From Rhodoferax sp. (GTDB taxonomy: Bacteria; Pseudomonadota; Gammaproteobacteria; Burkholderiales; Burkholderiaceae_C): a stretch of DNA of 64,000 bases. Within the stretch, counting starts at the first letter, position 1. Each line of letters starts with the position of its first letter. Below the pieces are notes generated by a model that worked only from the letters and a program-made list of their open reading frames with translations, did not search any database and was not told where the DNA came from. The stretch covers positions 14,038 through 78,037 of the forward strand of contig JARXAM010000072.1 of assembly GCA_029865845.1 (NCBI GenBank). The letters are read 5' to 3'. Shown here piece by piece: positions 48,835 through 59,602 of the stretch. A program made the translations under genes and the position numbers.

Positions 48835-48975
48835 CTACCCGAGAAACCGCAGAATGCCGTAGACCGACAGTGCCCCGCACAGCACCAACATGCCAGTTTT
48901 GACAGACCGACTTGGCGTGAACACGCCGCCCATGCAACACAAAAGAATGCCGATAAACAGATAGCTGGTTTTCAT
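48835..48975 (-). CDS. Small (46 aa) two-helix membrane protein
   Basis: MKTSYLFIGILLCCMGGVFTPSRSVKTGMLVLCGALSVYGILRFLG; AGGA RBS; fills the gap 10 nt after the monooxygenase stop. Confidence 0.5.
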   Translation of the reverse strand: MKTSYLFIGILLCCMGGVFTPSRSVKTGMLVLCGALSVYGILRFLG

Positions 48976-48985
48976 GGGCGCTATC

Positions 48986-50185
48986 CTAGCCGACACGGTA
49001 TTCGTACAACCACGGCACATCGAGTACCCGCGCACCCCCAAGGCGGATGCTTGTATCTCGTGCCCAGCGCGCCAGCCCCCGCAGATGAAAGACCTGCCCA
49101 TTGCGGATGGCGCGGGCCTGCACACGGGCGTTGCGCTTCCAGCGCCGTGCTGCGTAGTGCGCTAGCCCCGCGACCAGGTCTTCTGGGTGTTCGTACAAGG
49201 AATGACTGATCTGCGCAGCGTCTTCCAGCGCCATGCCCGCACCTTGCGCAAGGTAAGGCCGCATGGGGTGCGCGGCATCCCCCAGCAGCGCGATGCGCCC
49301 GCGCACCGTATCTGCCGGGCGGCGAAGGGGCGCGCGATCACTCAAGGCCCACCACGTCCAGTCGTCAATCGCCCACACCAACTCGCGCAATGGGACGCAG
49401 GCACCCGCCATGCGTGCACGAAGGTCGGCCACCGTGGCCGCCTGGTCCCACCGGTTCGGGTCCAGCGAGGGCCCGCTGCGCACAATGACCACGACGTTCA
49501 GCCACTCGCCACCACACACGGGGTACTGCACCGCGTGAAACAGGGGTCCGAGCCAGGCTGTAACCACCTGGGATCGCAGGGCCTGCGGCAAGGCGCTTTG
49601 GCGAACCATGGACCGAAATGCCACATGGCCGGTAAGGCGTGGCGCGTCGTTACCCGCCACGGCCTGACGCATCACACTCCAAATGCCGTCGGCCCCCAAG
49701 ACCCCATCCACCTCCCACTGACGCCCCGAGTCAGCGAGCACCCGAACCTTCTGGTCCACCACATCCACGCGCTCTACCCGCGCGTTGAGCGTCATGTCGA
49801 CAGCGCCCTGCGCAATGACGGCTTGGTGCAGCAGTGCGTGAAGGTCCTGCCGCGCAATCGTGGCATAGGGCGCGCCATAGCGGGCGTGTGCGCGGTCCCC
49901 CAACGGCAAGCGGCCCAGCCCCTGGGCATTGACCGCGCTGCGTACCTCCAGCAGGGCCGGAAATGCGGCCACCTCGGCCAAGGCTTTGTGCAGCCCCCAT
50001 CCGTGCAACACGGCAGTTGCATTGGGGCCAAGCTGGACCCCCGCGCCGATCTCTCCCAGGTGGCCCGACTGCTCAATCACCTGCAGTGCAGGACCTGGCG
50101 ATCGGCCACTGCGCGAGCTGCCGCACGCCACGGCGGCGGCCAAGCCCGCGATGCCAGCCCCAACGATCAATATGCTGTGTTCCAT
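48986..50185 (-). CDS. FAD-dependent monooxygenase (salicylate/3-hydroxybenzoate hydroxylase-like)
   Basis: IVGAGIAGL, EIGAGVQLGPN, GADGIWS, LLGDAAHPMRPYLAQGA. Confidence 0.9.
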   Translation of the reverse strand: MEHSILIVGAGIAGLAAAVACGSSRSGRSPGPALQVIEQSGHLGEIGAGVQLGPNATAVLHGWGLHKALAEVAAFPALLEVRSAVNAQGLGRLPLGDRAHARYGAPYATIARQDLHALLHQAVIAQGAVDMTLNARVERVDVVDQKVRVLADSGRQWEVDGVLGADGIWSVMRQAVAGNDAPRLTGHVAFRSMVRQSALPQALRSQVVTAWLGPLFHAVQYPVCGGEWLNVVVIVRSGPSLDPNRWDQAATVADLRARMAGACVPLRELVWAIDDWTWWALSDRAPLRRPADTVRGRIALLGDAAHPMRPYLAQGAGMALEDAAQISHSLYEHPEDLVAGLAHYAARRWKRNARVQARAIRNGQVFHLRGLARWARDTSIRLGGARVLDVPWLYEYRVG

Positions 50186-50328
50186 GGCAGACATTTTGCC
50201 TCGACGCGGTGTGTTCGCCCCCGTGCCTGGAGAGGCCAGAACCCAAGATTTGAGGAATCCCCATCGCATCAGGCACCGGCCCATGCAACCGCTATAGTCG
50301 ACGACCACCGACTTTGCCTCCGCCCTTC

Positions 50329-51786
50329 ATGGAACATCCCACCAACTTCGAGTTACTGTTTGACGCTGCCCCCGTATCGCTCTGGCTGGAAGACTACAGT
50401 GCACTGCACGCGCTTTTCGCGCAGTGGCGTGCCCAAGGCGTCAGCGACCTGCACACACACCTCCACGAGGACCCAGACCGTCTCGCTCAGTGCGCTGCGC
50501 GCATGCACGTACTGCGGGTCAATCGCCACGCCTTGGCTACCTACGCAGCGGCCAACCAAGCGGACTTGCTGGACAACCTCGCCACGGTCTTGGGGGAGGA
50601 CAACCTCAACCACCTAGTGCCCCAGTTGGAGTCGCTGTGGGACCAACAGGTGCATTACGTCGGCACCACCGTGAACTACGCCCGTAACGGCAGGCGCATG
50701 GAAATACGCATTCACATTCAGGTGTTGGCCGACCATGCACAACCATGGGATCGGGTGCTGGTCACCATCGAAGACGTTACCGATGCGAACCGGGCGCAAA
50801 CACTGCTCGAAGCCAGTGAACGCCACGCCCGCCAACTCTTCGAGTTCGCACCGGTGTCGCTATGGGTGGAAGACTTCAGCAGCGTCAAGGAGCTGATGGA
50901 CGAGGTGCGCACCAGCGGCATCACCGACTTCAAGACGTTTTTAAGTGTCCACCCCGAGTTTGTCGCCCGGTGCATGGAGCGCATCAAGGTGCTCGATGTC
51001 AATCGGCTCACCCTCACGATGTTCGGTGCCAAAGACCGGTACGACCTCCTGTCGCACTTGGACCAGGTGTTCAAAGACGAAATGAAGCGGTCGTTTGCAG
51101 AGCAACTCATCGATCTGTGGCACGGCATCACCACGCAAACGCGCGAGGTGGTGAACTACTCGCTACGCGGCGACCTGCTGCACATCCACTTACAGTTTGC
51201 GGTGCAACCCGGTCACGAAGACGACTGGAGCCTGGTGCTGGTGTCGTTGGTGGACATCACGGCCCGCAAAAAAGCAGAAGCGTACCTAGAGTACCTCGGA
51301 CAACATGATGCCCTGACGCAACTGCGTAACCGGGCCTACTTTGTGGACGAACTCAACCGCATCGCCCGCAGAGGCCCGTGGCCCTTGAGCATGTTGGCGA
51401 TGGACCTCAACGGCCTCAAGCAAGTCAATGACCGCGATGGCCATGCCGCAGGTGACGCGATGCTCAGGCGCGTTGGCGAAGTGTTGGCCAAGGCCACGAC
51501 CGGCTTGTCTGTGTGCGTGGCCCGCACCGGGGGTGACGAATTTGTTGTGTTGATGGCCGGCTATGACGAGCGCGACGCACGGGAACTGCGGGTACGCATT
51601 GACTCGATTCTCGAACTGAACAACCACTTCTACCCCGGCCAAAAAATCAGCCTGTCTATCGGACATGCAAGTGCTATCGGTGCCACCCATTTGGAAGAAG
51701 CGACCCAGCTAGCAGACCAGCGGATGTATGAAGCCAAAAGGCGTTTTTACGAAGCAAGCCACTCCGAACGCCGAAGTTCCTGCTAG
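50329..51786 (+). CDS. Diguanylate cyclase with duplicated PAS-like sensor region
   Basis: HDALTQLRNR, DLNGLKQVND, GHAAGD, RTGGDEF, ADQRMY; two APVSLWxEDxS repeats. Confidence 0.92.
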   Translation: MEHPTNFELLFDAAPVSLWLEDYSALHALFAQWRAQGVSDLHTHLHEDPDRLAQCAARMHVLRVNRHALATYAAANQADLLDNLATVLGEDNLNHLVPQLESLWDQQVHYVGTTVNYARNGRRMEIRIHIQVLADHAQPWDRVLVTIEDVTDANRAQTLLEASERHARQLFEFAPVSLWVEDFSSVKELMDEVRTSGITDFKTFLSVHPEFVARCMERIKVLDVNRLTLTMFGAKDRYDLLSHLDQVFKDEMKRSFAEQLIDLWHGITTQTREVVNYSLRGDLLHIHLQFAVQPGHEDDWSLVLVSLVDITARKKAEAYLEYLGQHDALTQLRNRAYFVDELNRIARRGPWPLSMLAMDLNGLKQVNDRDGHAAGDAMLRRVGEVLAKATTGLSVCVARTGGDEFVVLMAGYDERDARELRVRIDSILELNNHFYPGQKISLSIGHASAIGATHLEEATQLADQRMYEAKRRFYEASHSERRSSC

Positions 51787-51805
51787 TGCGCAGTGGCCCA
51801 CGCCG

Positions 51806-52702
51806 CTACAGCAAACTGCGACCTGCGGCCCGCACGACATGGTGCGTCAAGGCGTCGAGAGCCGGCAAAGGCTGCTGCGCTACCTGCCAATAGAGCGGCA
51901 CATCCATGAAGCGGCCAGGCATTAGCTCTACCAACCTGCGCGTGGCAAGGTGCTCTTGTACCGACAGCAACGGGTTCATGCCCCAGCCCACATCGGCCAG
52001 TGCGGCATCCACAAACGCTTGCGATGAGGGCAGCCGGTGGGCAGGCAGCAGTACGTCGCGGCGCAGTTGGCGGCGCACCCAGCGCTCCTGCAATCGGTCG
52101 TTGCGGTCAAACACAATGCTGGGCGCGCGGGTCAGGGTGTCGGCGTTCACCCCGGCTGCGAAGTGCTGCAACACGAACGCGGGCGACGCCGTAGCGCAAT
52201 AGCGCAACGAGCCCAACTTGCGCACTTTGCACCCCTGCACCGCCTTGGCGTGCGAGGTGACTGCGGCCAACACATGGCCCCTGCGCAGCCATTCATTGGT
52301 TTGGTCCTGATCATCAACCGCCACATCCAGCAACACACGGCTCTGCGCATAAAAGTCGCGCATGGCGGAAACAAACCAGGTGCTCAAGCTGTCGGCGTTG
52401 ATAGCGATGCGAATCGTGCTAAACGTTGCGTGGGTACCTTGTGAGGCCAGGGACGGCAAATCGCGCCGCAGGTCGTGCTCCAGCACGGCCACCGAATCCG
52501 CATGCCGACAAATGCGCGCACCCGCCTCCGTGGCGGTACACGGCTGCCCGCGCACCACCAGCACGGCCCCGACCCGGTCTTCCATTTGGCGAACGCGCTG
52601 TGACACGGCAGACGGCGTGATGTGCAGCAGCCGGGCGGCGCGCTCAAAGCTGCCTTCGCGCACCACCGCGGCAACGGTGGCAAGGAGGGTGGATTCCAAC
52701 AT
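51806..52702 (-). CDS. argP: LysR family regulator ArgP/LysG
   Basis: GSFERAA...TPSAVSQR, AINADSLSTWF, VPLYWQ; divergent from a LysE exporter. Confidence 0.88.
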   Translation of the reverse strand: MLESTLLATVAAVVREGSFERAARLLHITPSAVSQRVRQMEDRVGAVLVVRGQPCTATEAGARICRHADSVAVLEHDLRRDLPSLASQGTHATFSTIRIAINADSLSTWFVSAMRDFYAQSRVLLDVAVDDQDQTNEWLRRGHVLAAVTSHAKAVQGCKVRKLGSLRYCATASPAFVLQHFAAGVNADTLTRAPSIVFDRNDRLQERWVRRQLRRDVLLPAHRLPSSQAFVDAALADVGWGMNPLLSVQEHLATRRLVELMPGRFMDVPLYWQVAQQPLPALDALTHHVVRAAGRSLL

Positions 52703-52783
52703 GACGGTAATCGATGAAGTGTTGCTTATTTCAGCGTAGCAGAATTCATGCAGTTCTGACAATGGCAAGCGGATACTCGCGCC

Positions 52784-53440
52784 ATGCAAGAAACCATCGC
52801 CGTGCTCCCTACCCTCTCCACGACCCTGCCCAGTGTCATCACCGGACTCACACTCAGTCTGTCACTCATTGTGGCCATTGGCGCGCAAAACACTTTTGTG
52901 CTGCGCCAGGGCTTGCGCCGCGAGCATGTGGCCGCAGTGGTTGCGGTGTGTGCCCTGCTCGATATTGGGCTCATGGCCATCGGCGTGAGCGGGCTGGCTA
53001 CGACCTTGGAAAACCACCCGCGCGCTCTGAATACGCTGGGCCTGGCCGGTGCTGCGGTGGTGGGCTGGTATGGGCTCTGTGCATTGCGCCGGGCCTTTGC
53101 ACCCCATGCCATGCAGGCCCAATTGCAAGGCGCGCCGCAAACGCTGCGCAAGACGGTGTTGCAGACCCTGGCCATCAGCCTGCTGAACCCCCATGTGTAC
53201 CTGGACGCGGTGATTTTGGTGGGCACCGTAGGGGCCAAGCAACCCGCAGGCACCCACGCTTGGTTTTTGGTGGGAGCCGGTGGCGCAAGCGCCCTGTGGT
53301 TCATCACGCTGGGGTTTGGCGCACACCTGCTCCACCCCCTGTTTGCACGCCCCATGGCCTGGCGGGTGCTGGACTTGTTGGTGGCAGTGATGATGGGCCG
53401 CATTGCCTACGGCTTATGGTCCCAAGCCGCCATGCTGTAG
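52784..53440 (+). CDS. argO: LysE/ArgO amino acid exporter
   Basis: LIVAIGAQNTFVLRQG, LNPHVYLD, SALWF. Confidence 0.88.
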   Translation: MQETIAVLPTLSTTLPSVITGLTLSLSLIVAIGAQNTFVLRQGLRREHVAAVVAVCALLDIGLMAIGVSGLATTLENHPRALNTLGLAGAAVVGWYGLCALRRAFAPHAMQAQLQGAPQTLRKTVLQTLAISLLNPHVYLDAVILVGTVGAKQPAGTHAWFLVGAGGASALWFITLGFGAHLLHPLFARPMAWRVLDLLVAVMMGRIAYGLWSQAAML

Positions 53441-53470
53441 GCTCAGGCCTCTTTGACACAGGAGATAAGT

Positions 53471-53851
53471 ATGCAATGGCTGGATTTGGTCACCGTACTG
53501 GCGATTGCCCAGTACATCTGGTTTGGCGTGCTGGTGGGGCAGGCGCGTGGGCGCTACGGGGTGCATGCCCCTGCGGTCACCGGCCACGACATGTTTGAAC
53601 GCTACTACCGCGTGCAGATGAATACCCTGGAGCTGCTGGTGCCACTGGTGCCATCCATGTACCTGGCGGCACGCTACTGGTCACCCTTATGGGCAGCGGC
53701 GGCGGGCGCCATCTTTATTGCGGGCCGTTTCATCTACCTGCGCGCCTACGTCAGCGACCCTAAAACACGCACCTTGGGCTACGCACTCAGCGCCCTGCCC
53801 ATGTTGGGCTTGTTGGTCGCGGTGATTGTGGGCGTGTTCATGGCAGCCTGA
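53471..53851 (+). CDS. MAPEG family protein
   Basis: ARGRYGVHAPA, FERYYRVQMNTLE, GRFIY; AGGAG RBS. Confidence 0.92.
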   Translation: MQWLDLVTVLAIAQYIWFGVLVGQARGRYGVHAPAVTGHDMFERYYRVQMNTLELLVPLVPSMYLAARYWSPLWAAAAGAIFIAGRFIYLRAYVSDPKTRTLGYALSALPMLGLLVAVIVGVFMAA

Positions 53852-53881
53852 ACGGGCCGCGCCAACCGGGCAGCGGCCCGT
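53852..53881. terminator. Hairpin between convergent MAPEG and YigZ genes
   Basis: ACGGGCCGC ... GCGGCCCGT 9-bp stem; no U-tract. Confidence 0.4.
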
Positions 53882-53885
53882 CGGG

Positions 53886-54494
53886 TCAGTCTGGCGGGCT
53901 GGCTTGCGTGGCATCAATCCAAGCAAGCTGCCCGCTGCCTGCATCGTTGAGTCGGGCTACCAAGGCAGGGGCTGCGTGGACGGGCAGCACGAACTCCAGC
54001 TCCACCCCCTCGCCGTGGTGCACGTTACCCAGGGTGGCACCCGCAGCTTCCAACTCGCGGCGCACGCGGCCCTCCAGCGGGTAAGGTACGGCACATTTCA
54101 ATGTCTGCTTTTTCACGATCGCTATTTTTTCGGCTTGCAGTAAGGCCTGCGCCACCGCATCGGTGTAGGCCCGCACCAACCCGCCAGCGCCCAAATTTAC
54201 CCCGCCGTAGTAGCGCACCACGGTAGCCAGCACGCGCTCCAAATCCTGGTGGCGCAACACGTCAAGCATGGGGCGCCCGGCAGTGCCGCTAGGCTCGCCA
54301 TCGTCCACCGCTGCAGAATGCCCACCCGCCATCAATGCCCAGCACACATGCGTGGCAGTAGGGTGCGCCGCCCACAAGTCGGCCACCACCTTGTGCGCCG
54401 CAACGCGGTCTGCCACTGGTTGCACGCAGCCAATGAAACGGCTTTTCTTGACGATAAGTTCGCTGTGGCTGGGCTTGGCTAACGTGTGGGGCAT
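53886..54494 (-). CDS. YigZ/IMPACT family protein
   Basis: KKSRF, ATHVCWA, DDGEPSGTAG, RYYGGVNLGAGGLVRAY. Confidence 0.93.
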   Translation of the reverse strand: MPHTLAKPSHSELIVKKSRFIGCVQPVADRVAAHKVVADLWAAHPTATHVCWALMAGGHSAAVDDGEPSGTAGRPMLDVLRHQDLERVLATVVRYYGGVNLGAGGLVRAYTDAVAQALLQAEKIAIVKKQTLKCAVPYPLEGRVRRELEAAGATLGNVHHGEGVELEFVLPVHAAPALVARLNDAGSGQLAWIDATQASPPD

Positions 54495-54623
54495 GGGGTG
54501 AGTGTAGGTTCCACTGAACCGGCCTCACACGTGGCAACGTTGGTCTGCCCCACAGAAAAACCAACACCCTTGCGTTGATACGGCACTATTCGAGTTACCT
54601 TTCCTACTTTAGGTGGAGCCGCC

Positions 54624-54956
54624 ATGCTGTTTGTCGTCCAGTTCGAAGATGTCTATTCAGACCAGCCACAACGGCTTGCGGAGCGGGCATTGCACATGGC
54701 GGAGCATTTAGCATTTTTGGAAGCACATGGTGAACACGTCGTGGCGTCAGGTGCCCTGCGAGATACCGCAGACGGGGTGCCAAATGGCGGCCTTTGGATT
54801 CTCAACACGGAGACCAAAGCCGAGGCTGAGTCGATTTTTCAAAAGGATCCCTTTTGGAAAGCCGGGCTGCGCAAATCCGTGCGAGTGAGCCATTGGGCAC
54901 AGGCGCACTGGTCCCCAGCGTTTACAGAGTGCATTCGTACCCTGCGCGAAAAATAA
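54624..54956 (+). CDS. YciI family protein
   Basis: R...HLAFL, SGAL, GGLWI, DPFWKAG; GGAG RBS. Confidence 0.85.
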   Translation: MLFVVQFEDVYSDQPQRLAERALHMAEHLAFLEAHGEHVVASGALRDTADGVPNGGLWILNTETKAEAESIFQKDPFWKAGLRKSVRVSHWAQAHWSPAFTECIRTLREK

Positions 54957-55035
54957 GCCCCAAGCCACGCACCGACAAACCCTCGGTTTCGCAACAAGTT
55001 AGCCGGTCTGCCCGGCCGGCTCCCGCATCACCAGC

Positions 55036-57423
55036 TCACTCCACCCGCGTGATCCGGCTCGGTTTGAAGCCCAGGTCTGCGGCCTTGCCTTTGCGGCCGC
55101 GTGCGGCGCGGGCGTTGTTGAGGCTGCGGATTTCCAAGGTTTCATCGCGCTCTTTGCCGCCGCGACCAATGCCGTCGATGCGGATGCTGCGGGTGTAGGC
55201 GGCAGCACCGGCCAAGGTGTCTTTGTCATCGAGGTCGATCAGCATCAAGCCTCGGCCACCATTCGTCATGGTCTTAAGTTCGATGATCTCAAAGGTCAGG
55301 ATGCGCCCGCCCGTGGACGCGCACGCCACGTGGGTGGCGGGTGCCACCACCGCGGACGGAGCGCCCGCCACCGTGACCTTGCCTTGTGCACCAGCCACCA
55401 CCGACGGCGCACACAGCGTTTCGCCCTCGCTAACGCCCACAAAGGCCTTGCCCGCTTTCTGCCGGGAGGTCATGTTCTCGACGCTGGCAATGAACCCGTA
55501 GCCACCGCTGCTGGACAACAGCAACTGCGCAGTGGCAGGCCCCGCAAAGTAGTACAGGATTTGTGTGCCACTCTCCAACTCCAGCAGCGTGGTGACTGGC
55601 TGGCCGTCGCCCCGCCCACCAGGCAGCGCCGACACCGGCACGGTGTAGATGCGCCCATTGGAGCCAAACACCAGCAGCGTGTCTACGGTGCGGCACTCGA
55701 AGGTGCCGTACAGGCCATCTCCCGACTTGAAGGCGAAGGTAGACGCTTCGTGGCCGTGACCGGTACGGGCACGCACCCAGCCTTTTTCAGACACCACCAC
55801 GGTGACCGGCTCGTCCACCACTTTCACCTCGGCCACGGCCTTCTTTTCGGCCTGGATGAGGGTGCGGCGCGGGTCGGCAAACGCTTTGGCGTCGGCCTCT
55901 ATCTCTTTGACCATGAGGCGGCGCAATGCAGCGGGGCTGCCCAAAATTTCTTCCAGCTTGCCTTGCTCGGTGCGCAACTCCGACAGCTCTTGCTCGATTT
56001 TGATGGCCTCCAGCCGCGCCAATTGGCGCAAGCGGATCTCCAAAATGTCTTCAGCCTGCCGGTCGCTCAGGGAGAAGCGCGCGATCAACGCGGCCTTGGG
56101 CTCGTCGCTGTTGCGGATGATGGCGATCACCTCATCGATGTTGAGCAACACCGTCTGGCGACCTTCGAGGATGTGAATGCGGTCCAACACCTTGCCCAAG
56201 CGGTGGCGGCTGCGGCGCTCGATGGTGCCCACGCGGAAAGCAACCCACTCCACCAGCATCTGGCGCAGCGACTTTTGCACCGGCTTGCCGTCCAGCCCGA
56301 CCATGGTGAGGTTGATGGGCGAAGACGTTTCCAGGCTGGTGTGGGCCAGCAGTGCGGTGATGAGTTCCTGCTGCTCCACGGTGCGGCTCTTGGGCTCGAA
56401 CACCAAGCGCACCAGCGCGTCTTTGTTGGACTCGTCACGCACCACATCCAGCACACTCAGGATGCTGGCTTTGAGCTGGGTTTGCTCTTGGCTCAGCGCT
56501 TTTTTGCCGGCCTTGACCTTGGGGTTGGTGAGTTCTTCGATCTCTTCCAGCACGCGCTGGCTGCTCACGCCGGGTGGCAACTCAGTAACCACCAGTTGCC
56601 ATTGGCCGCGCGCCAGGTCTTCGATCTTCCAGCGGGCGCGCACCTTCAAACTGCCACGGCCGGTGCGGTAGGCGTCGGCAATGTCGCTCGCGCTGCTGAT
56701 GATCTGGCCGCCACCAGGGAAGTCTGGGCCGGGGATCAACGTAAACAGTTCATCGTCCGAGAGTTTGTCGTTTTTGACCAGCGCCACACAGGCGTCTGCC
56801 ACTTCGCGCAGGTTATGGCTGGGGATTTCGGTGGCCAAGCCCACCGCGATGCCGCTGGCCCCGTTGAGCAAGCTGAACGGTAGGCGTGCGGGCAGCTGCT
56901 TGGGCTCTTCGGTAGACCCGTCGTAGTTGGGCTGGAAGTCCACCGTACCCTGGTCAATTTCGTCCAGCAACAGCGTGGTGATTTTGGCCAAGCGGGCTTC
57001 GGTGTAGCGCATGGCGGCGGCGCCGTCGCCATCGCGGCTGCCGAAGTTGCCCTGGCCGTCGACCAGTGGGTAGCGTTGCGAAAAGTCTTGCGCCATACGC
57101 ACCAGTGCGTCATAGGCCGATTGGTCGCCATGCGGGTGAAAGCGACCCAACACGTCGCCCACCACACGGGCGCTTTTGACCGGCTTGGCACCCGCGTTGC
57201 CATTGGCACCGCCAAAGCCCAGGCCCATGCGACCCATGCTGTACAAAATGCGGCGTTGCACAGGCTTGAGACCATCACACACGTCCGGCAGAGCACGGCC
57301 CTTGACGACCGAAAGCGCGTACTCTAGGTAGGCGCGCTGGGCGTAGGTGGCCAAGTTGAGTTCGCCGTCCTCGCTGGGGAGGGTGGGCTCGGGAATCACA
57401 TCGGGAATAGTGGGATCGATCAT
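55036..57423 (-). CDS. parC: DNA topoisomerase IV subunit A
   Basis: [34 protein letters not shown]; lacks GyrA box. Confidence 0.96.
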   Translation of the reverse strand: MIDPTIPDVIPEPTLPSEDGELNLATYAQRAYLEYALSVVKGRALPDVCDGLKPVQRRILYSMGRMGLGFGGANGNAGAKPVKSARVVGDVLGRFHPHGDQSAYDALVRMAQDFSQRYPLVDGQGNFGSRDGDGAAAMRYTEARLAKITTLLLDEIDQGTVDFQPNYDGSTEEPKQLPARLPFSLLNGASGIAVGLATEIPSHNLREVADACVALVKNDKLSDDELFTLIPGPDFPGGGQIISSASDIADAYRTGRGSLKVRARWKIEDLARGQWQLVVTELPPGVSSQRVLEEIEELTNPKVKAGKKALSQEQTQLKASILSVLDVVRDESNKDALVRLVFEPKSRTVEQQELITALLAHTSLETSSPINLTMVGLDGKPVQKSLRQMLVEWVAFRVGTIERRSRHRLGKVLDRIHILEGRQTVLLNIDEVIAIIRNSDEPKAALIARFSLSDRQAEDILEIRLRQLARLEAIKIEQELSELRTEQGKLEEILGSPAALRRLMVKEIEADAKAFADPRRTLIQAEKKAVAEVKVVDEPVTVVVSEKGWVRARTGHGHEASTFAFKSGDGLYGTFECRTVDTLLVFGSNGRIYTVPVSALPGGRGDGQPVTTLLELESGTQILYYFAGPATAQLLLSSSGGYGFIASVENMTSRQKAGKAFVGVSEGETLCAPSVVAGAQGKVTVAGAPSAVVAPATHVACASTGGRILTFEIIELKTMTNGGRGLMLIDLDDKDTLAGAAAYTRSIRIDGIGRGGKERDETLEIRSLNNARAARGRKGKAADLGFKPSRITRVE

Positions 57424-57494
57424 GTTCGTGTTGGGCTCAGTCCGCTGCAATCTGTGTCTATAGAGGGGCTACCGGGTAGGGCGATGGTTCACGC

Positions 57495-59465
57495 TCAGAC
57501 GTCAATCTCCACAGAGTCTCCGTGCAGCTCCATCAGCTCGCGGCGAGACGCTGCCTCGCCCTTGCCCATGAGTTTGGTAATGAGCGCCTCGGTATCGCCA
57601 AAATTGACAGCGCCCAGCGCGACGGGCAACAGGCGGCGGGTGTCGGGGTTCAGCGTCGTGTCCCACAACTGTTCGGCATTCATCTCGCCCAAGCCTTTGA
57701 AGCGGCTGATGGACCAGGCACCTTCGCGCACGCCCTCTTTGCGCAGCTTGTCGAGAATGGCGGTGAGCTCGCCTTCGTCCAGCGCATAAGCCTTGCTGGC
57801 GGGCTTTTTGCCACGCGCGGGCGCGTCCACACGGAACAGCGGCGGGCGCGCCACAAACACATGGCCGGTCTCGATGAGCTTGGGGAAATGGCGGAAGAAC
57901 AGGGTGAGCAGCAGCACCTGGATGTGCGAGCCGTCCACGTCCGCATCGCTCAGGATGCAGACTTTGCCGTAGCGCAGGCCGCTCAGGTCGGGCGTGTCGT
58001 TGGGGCCGTGCGGGTCTACGCCGATAGCGACCGAGATGTCGTGGATTTCGGTGTTGGCAAACAGGCGGTCGCGGTCCACCTCCCAGGTGTTGAGCACCTT
58101 GCCACGCAGGGGAAGAATGGCTTGGTTCTCTTTGTCGCGGCCCATTTTGGCGCTGCCGCCGGCGGAGTCGCCCTCGACCAGAAACACTTCGTTGTAGGCA
58201 ATATCGCGACTCTCGCAGTCGGTGAGCTTGCCGGGCAGCACGGCCACGCCGCTACTCTTGCGCTTTTCGACCTTCTGACCGGCCTTCTGGCGGGTTTGGG
58301 CGGCCTTGATGGCCAGCTCGGCCAGCTTCTTGCCGTAGTCCACGTGCTGGTTCAGCCACAGCTCCAGCGCGGGGCGCACAAAGCTGCTGACCAAGCGCAC
58401 CGCGTCGCGTGAGTTCAGCCGCTCTTTGATCTGGCCTTGAAACTGCGGGTCCAGCACCTTGGCACTCAGCACATAGCTGGCGCGGGCGAACACATCTTCG
58501 GGCATGAGCTTCACGCCCTTGGGCAGCAGGCTGTGGAACTCGATAAAGCTTTTAACCGCTTGGAACAAGCCATCGCGCAAGCCGCTCTCGTGCGTGCCGC
58601 CTGCGCTGGTGGGAATAAGGTTCACATAGCTTTCGCGCACCGGCGCACCGTCTTCGGTAAAGGCTACGCACCAGGTGGCGCCCTCGCCTTCGGCAAAGGT
58701 GTCGTTGTTGCCATCGGCAAAGCCCTCACCGTCAAACATGGGAATGACGGGGTCGGCGCTAAGGGTCTGGCCCAGGTAATCCTTCAGGCCGCCTTTGTAG
58801 AGCCAGTGTTGGTTTTCCTTGGTTTTTTCATTCACCAGCGTCACGCTTACGCCGGGCATCAGCACCGCCTTGCTGCGCAGCAGGTGGGTTAGCTCCCCCA
58901 TGGGCAGCGCGGCGGATTCAAAGTATTTGGCATCCGGCCACACACGCACAGTCGTACCCTGCTTGCGGTCCCCCTCACCGGCCTTGCGCACTTGCAGGGC
59001 TTCCGTCACGTCGCCGCCTTCAAACACCAGGTGGGCCACTGAGCCTTCGCGGTAACTGGTGGCCTCCAAGCGCTTGCCCAGTGCGTTGGTCACCGACACC
59101 CCCACACCATGCAAGCCGCCCGAGAAGCTGTAGGCGCCGCCTTTGCCCTTGTCGAACTTGCCCCCCGCGTGCAAGCGGGTGAACACCAACTCAATCACCG
59201 GTGCCTTTTCTTCCGGGTGCATGCCAAAGGGAATGCCGCGGCCATCGTCTTCGACGCTGACCGAGCCATCCGCGTGCAGCGTGACCTTGATTTTCTTGCC
59301 GTGACCGGCCAGCGCCTCGTCAGCCGCGTTGTCTAGCACTTCCTGAATGATGTGCAGCGGGTTATCGGTGCGGGTGTACATGCCCGGGCGCTGTTTGACG
59401 GGCTCCAGGCCCTTGAGCACGCGGATCGACGATTCAGAATATTCGGGGGTGGGTTTGGCAGCCAT
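57495..59465 (-). CDS. parE: DNA topoisomerase IV subunit B
   Basis: EVLDNAADE, LHAGGKF, EGDSAGGS, PLRGK, DADVDG, RFKGLGEM; no GyrB insert. Confidence 0.96.
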   Translation of the reverse strand: MAAKPTPEYSESSIRVLKGLEPVKQRPGMYTRTDNPLHIIQEVLDNAADEALAGHGKKIKVTLHADGSVSVEDDGRGIPFGMHPEEKAPVIELVFTRLHAGGKFDKGKGGAYSFSGGLHGVGVSVTNALGKRLEATSYREGSVAHLVFEGGDVTEALQVRKAGEGDRKQGTTVRVWPDAKYFESAALPMGELTHLLRSKAVLMPGVSVTLVNEKTKENQHWLYKGGLKDYLGQTLSADPVIPMFDGEGFADGNNDTFAEGEGATWCVAFTEDGAPVRESYVNLIPTSAGGTHESGLRDGLFQAVKSFIEFHSLLPKGVKLMPEDVFARASYVLSAKVLDPQFQGQIKERLNSRDAVRLVSSFVRPALELWLNQHVDYGKKLAELAIKAAQTRQKAGQKVEKRKSSGVAVLPGKLTDCESRDIAYNEVFLVEGDSAGGSAKMGRDKENQAILPLRGKVLNTWEVDRDRLFANTEIHDISVAIGVDPHGPNDTPDLSGLRYGKVCILSDADVDGSHIQVLLLTLFFRHFPKLIETGHVFVARPPLFRVDAPARGKKPASKAYALDEGELTAILDKLRKEGVREGAWSISRFKGLGEMNAEQLWDTTLNPDTRRLLPVALGAVNFGDTEALITKLMGKGEAASRRELMELHGDSVEIDV

Positions 59466-59602
59466 AGGGGCGGATTGTAGGGGAACTCGGTTAATTTACT
59501 GTATATGCATACATGCAGCCGAGCGTCTGGTGTCCTGACGCAACACGGACCGGTGTCGCCCTTGCCGCCAAGTTGTGCCGCGAAACTGGCTACATTTGGG
59601 GG

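Noticed and set aside
55330-56883. 517-aa ORF antisense to parC (similar cases at 19872-21227, 30317-31600, 45406-46548, 49187-50617)
   Set aside because: Antisense shadows of conserved genes in high-GC DNA
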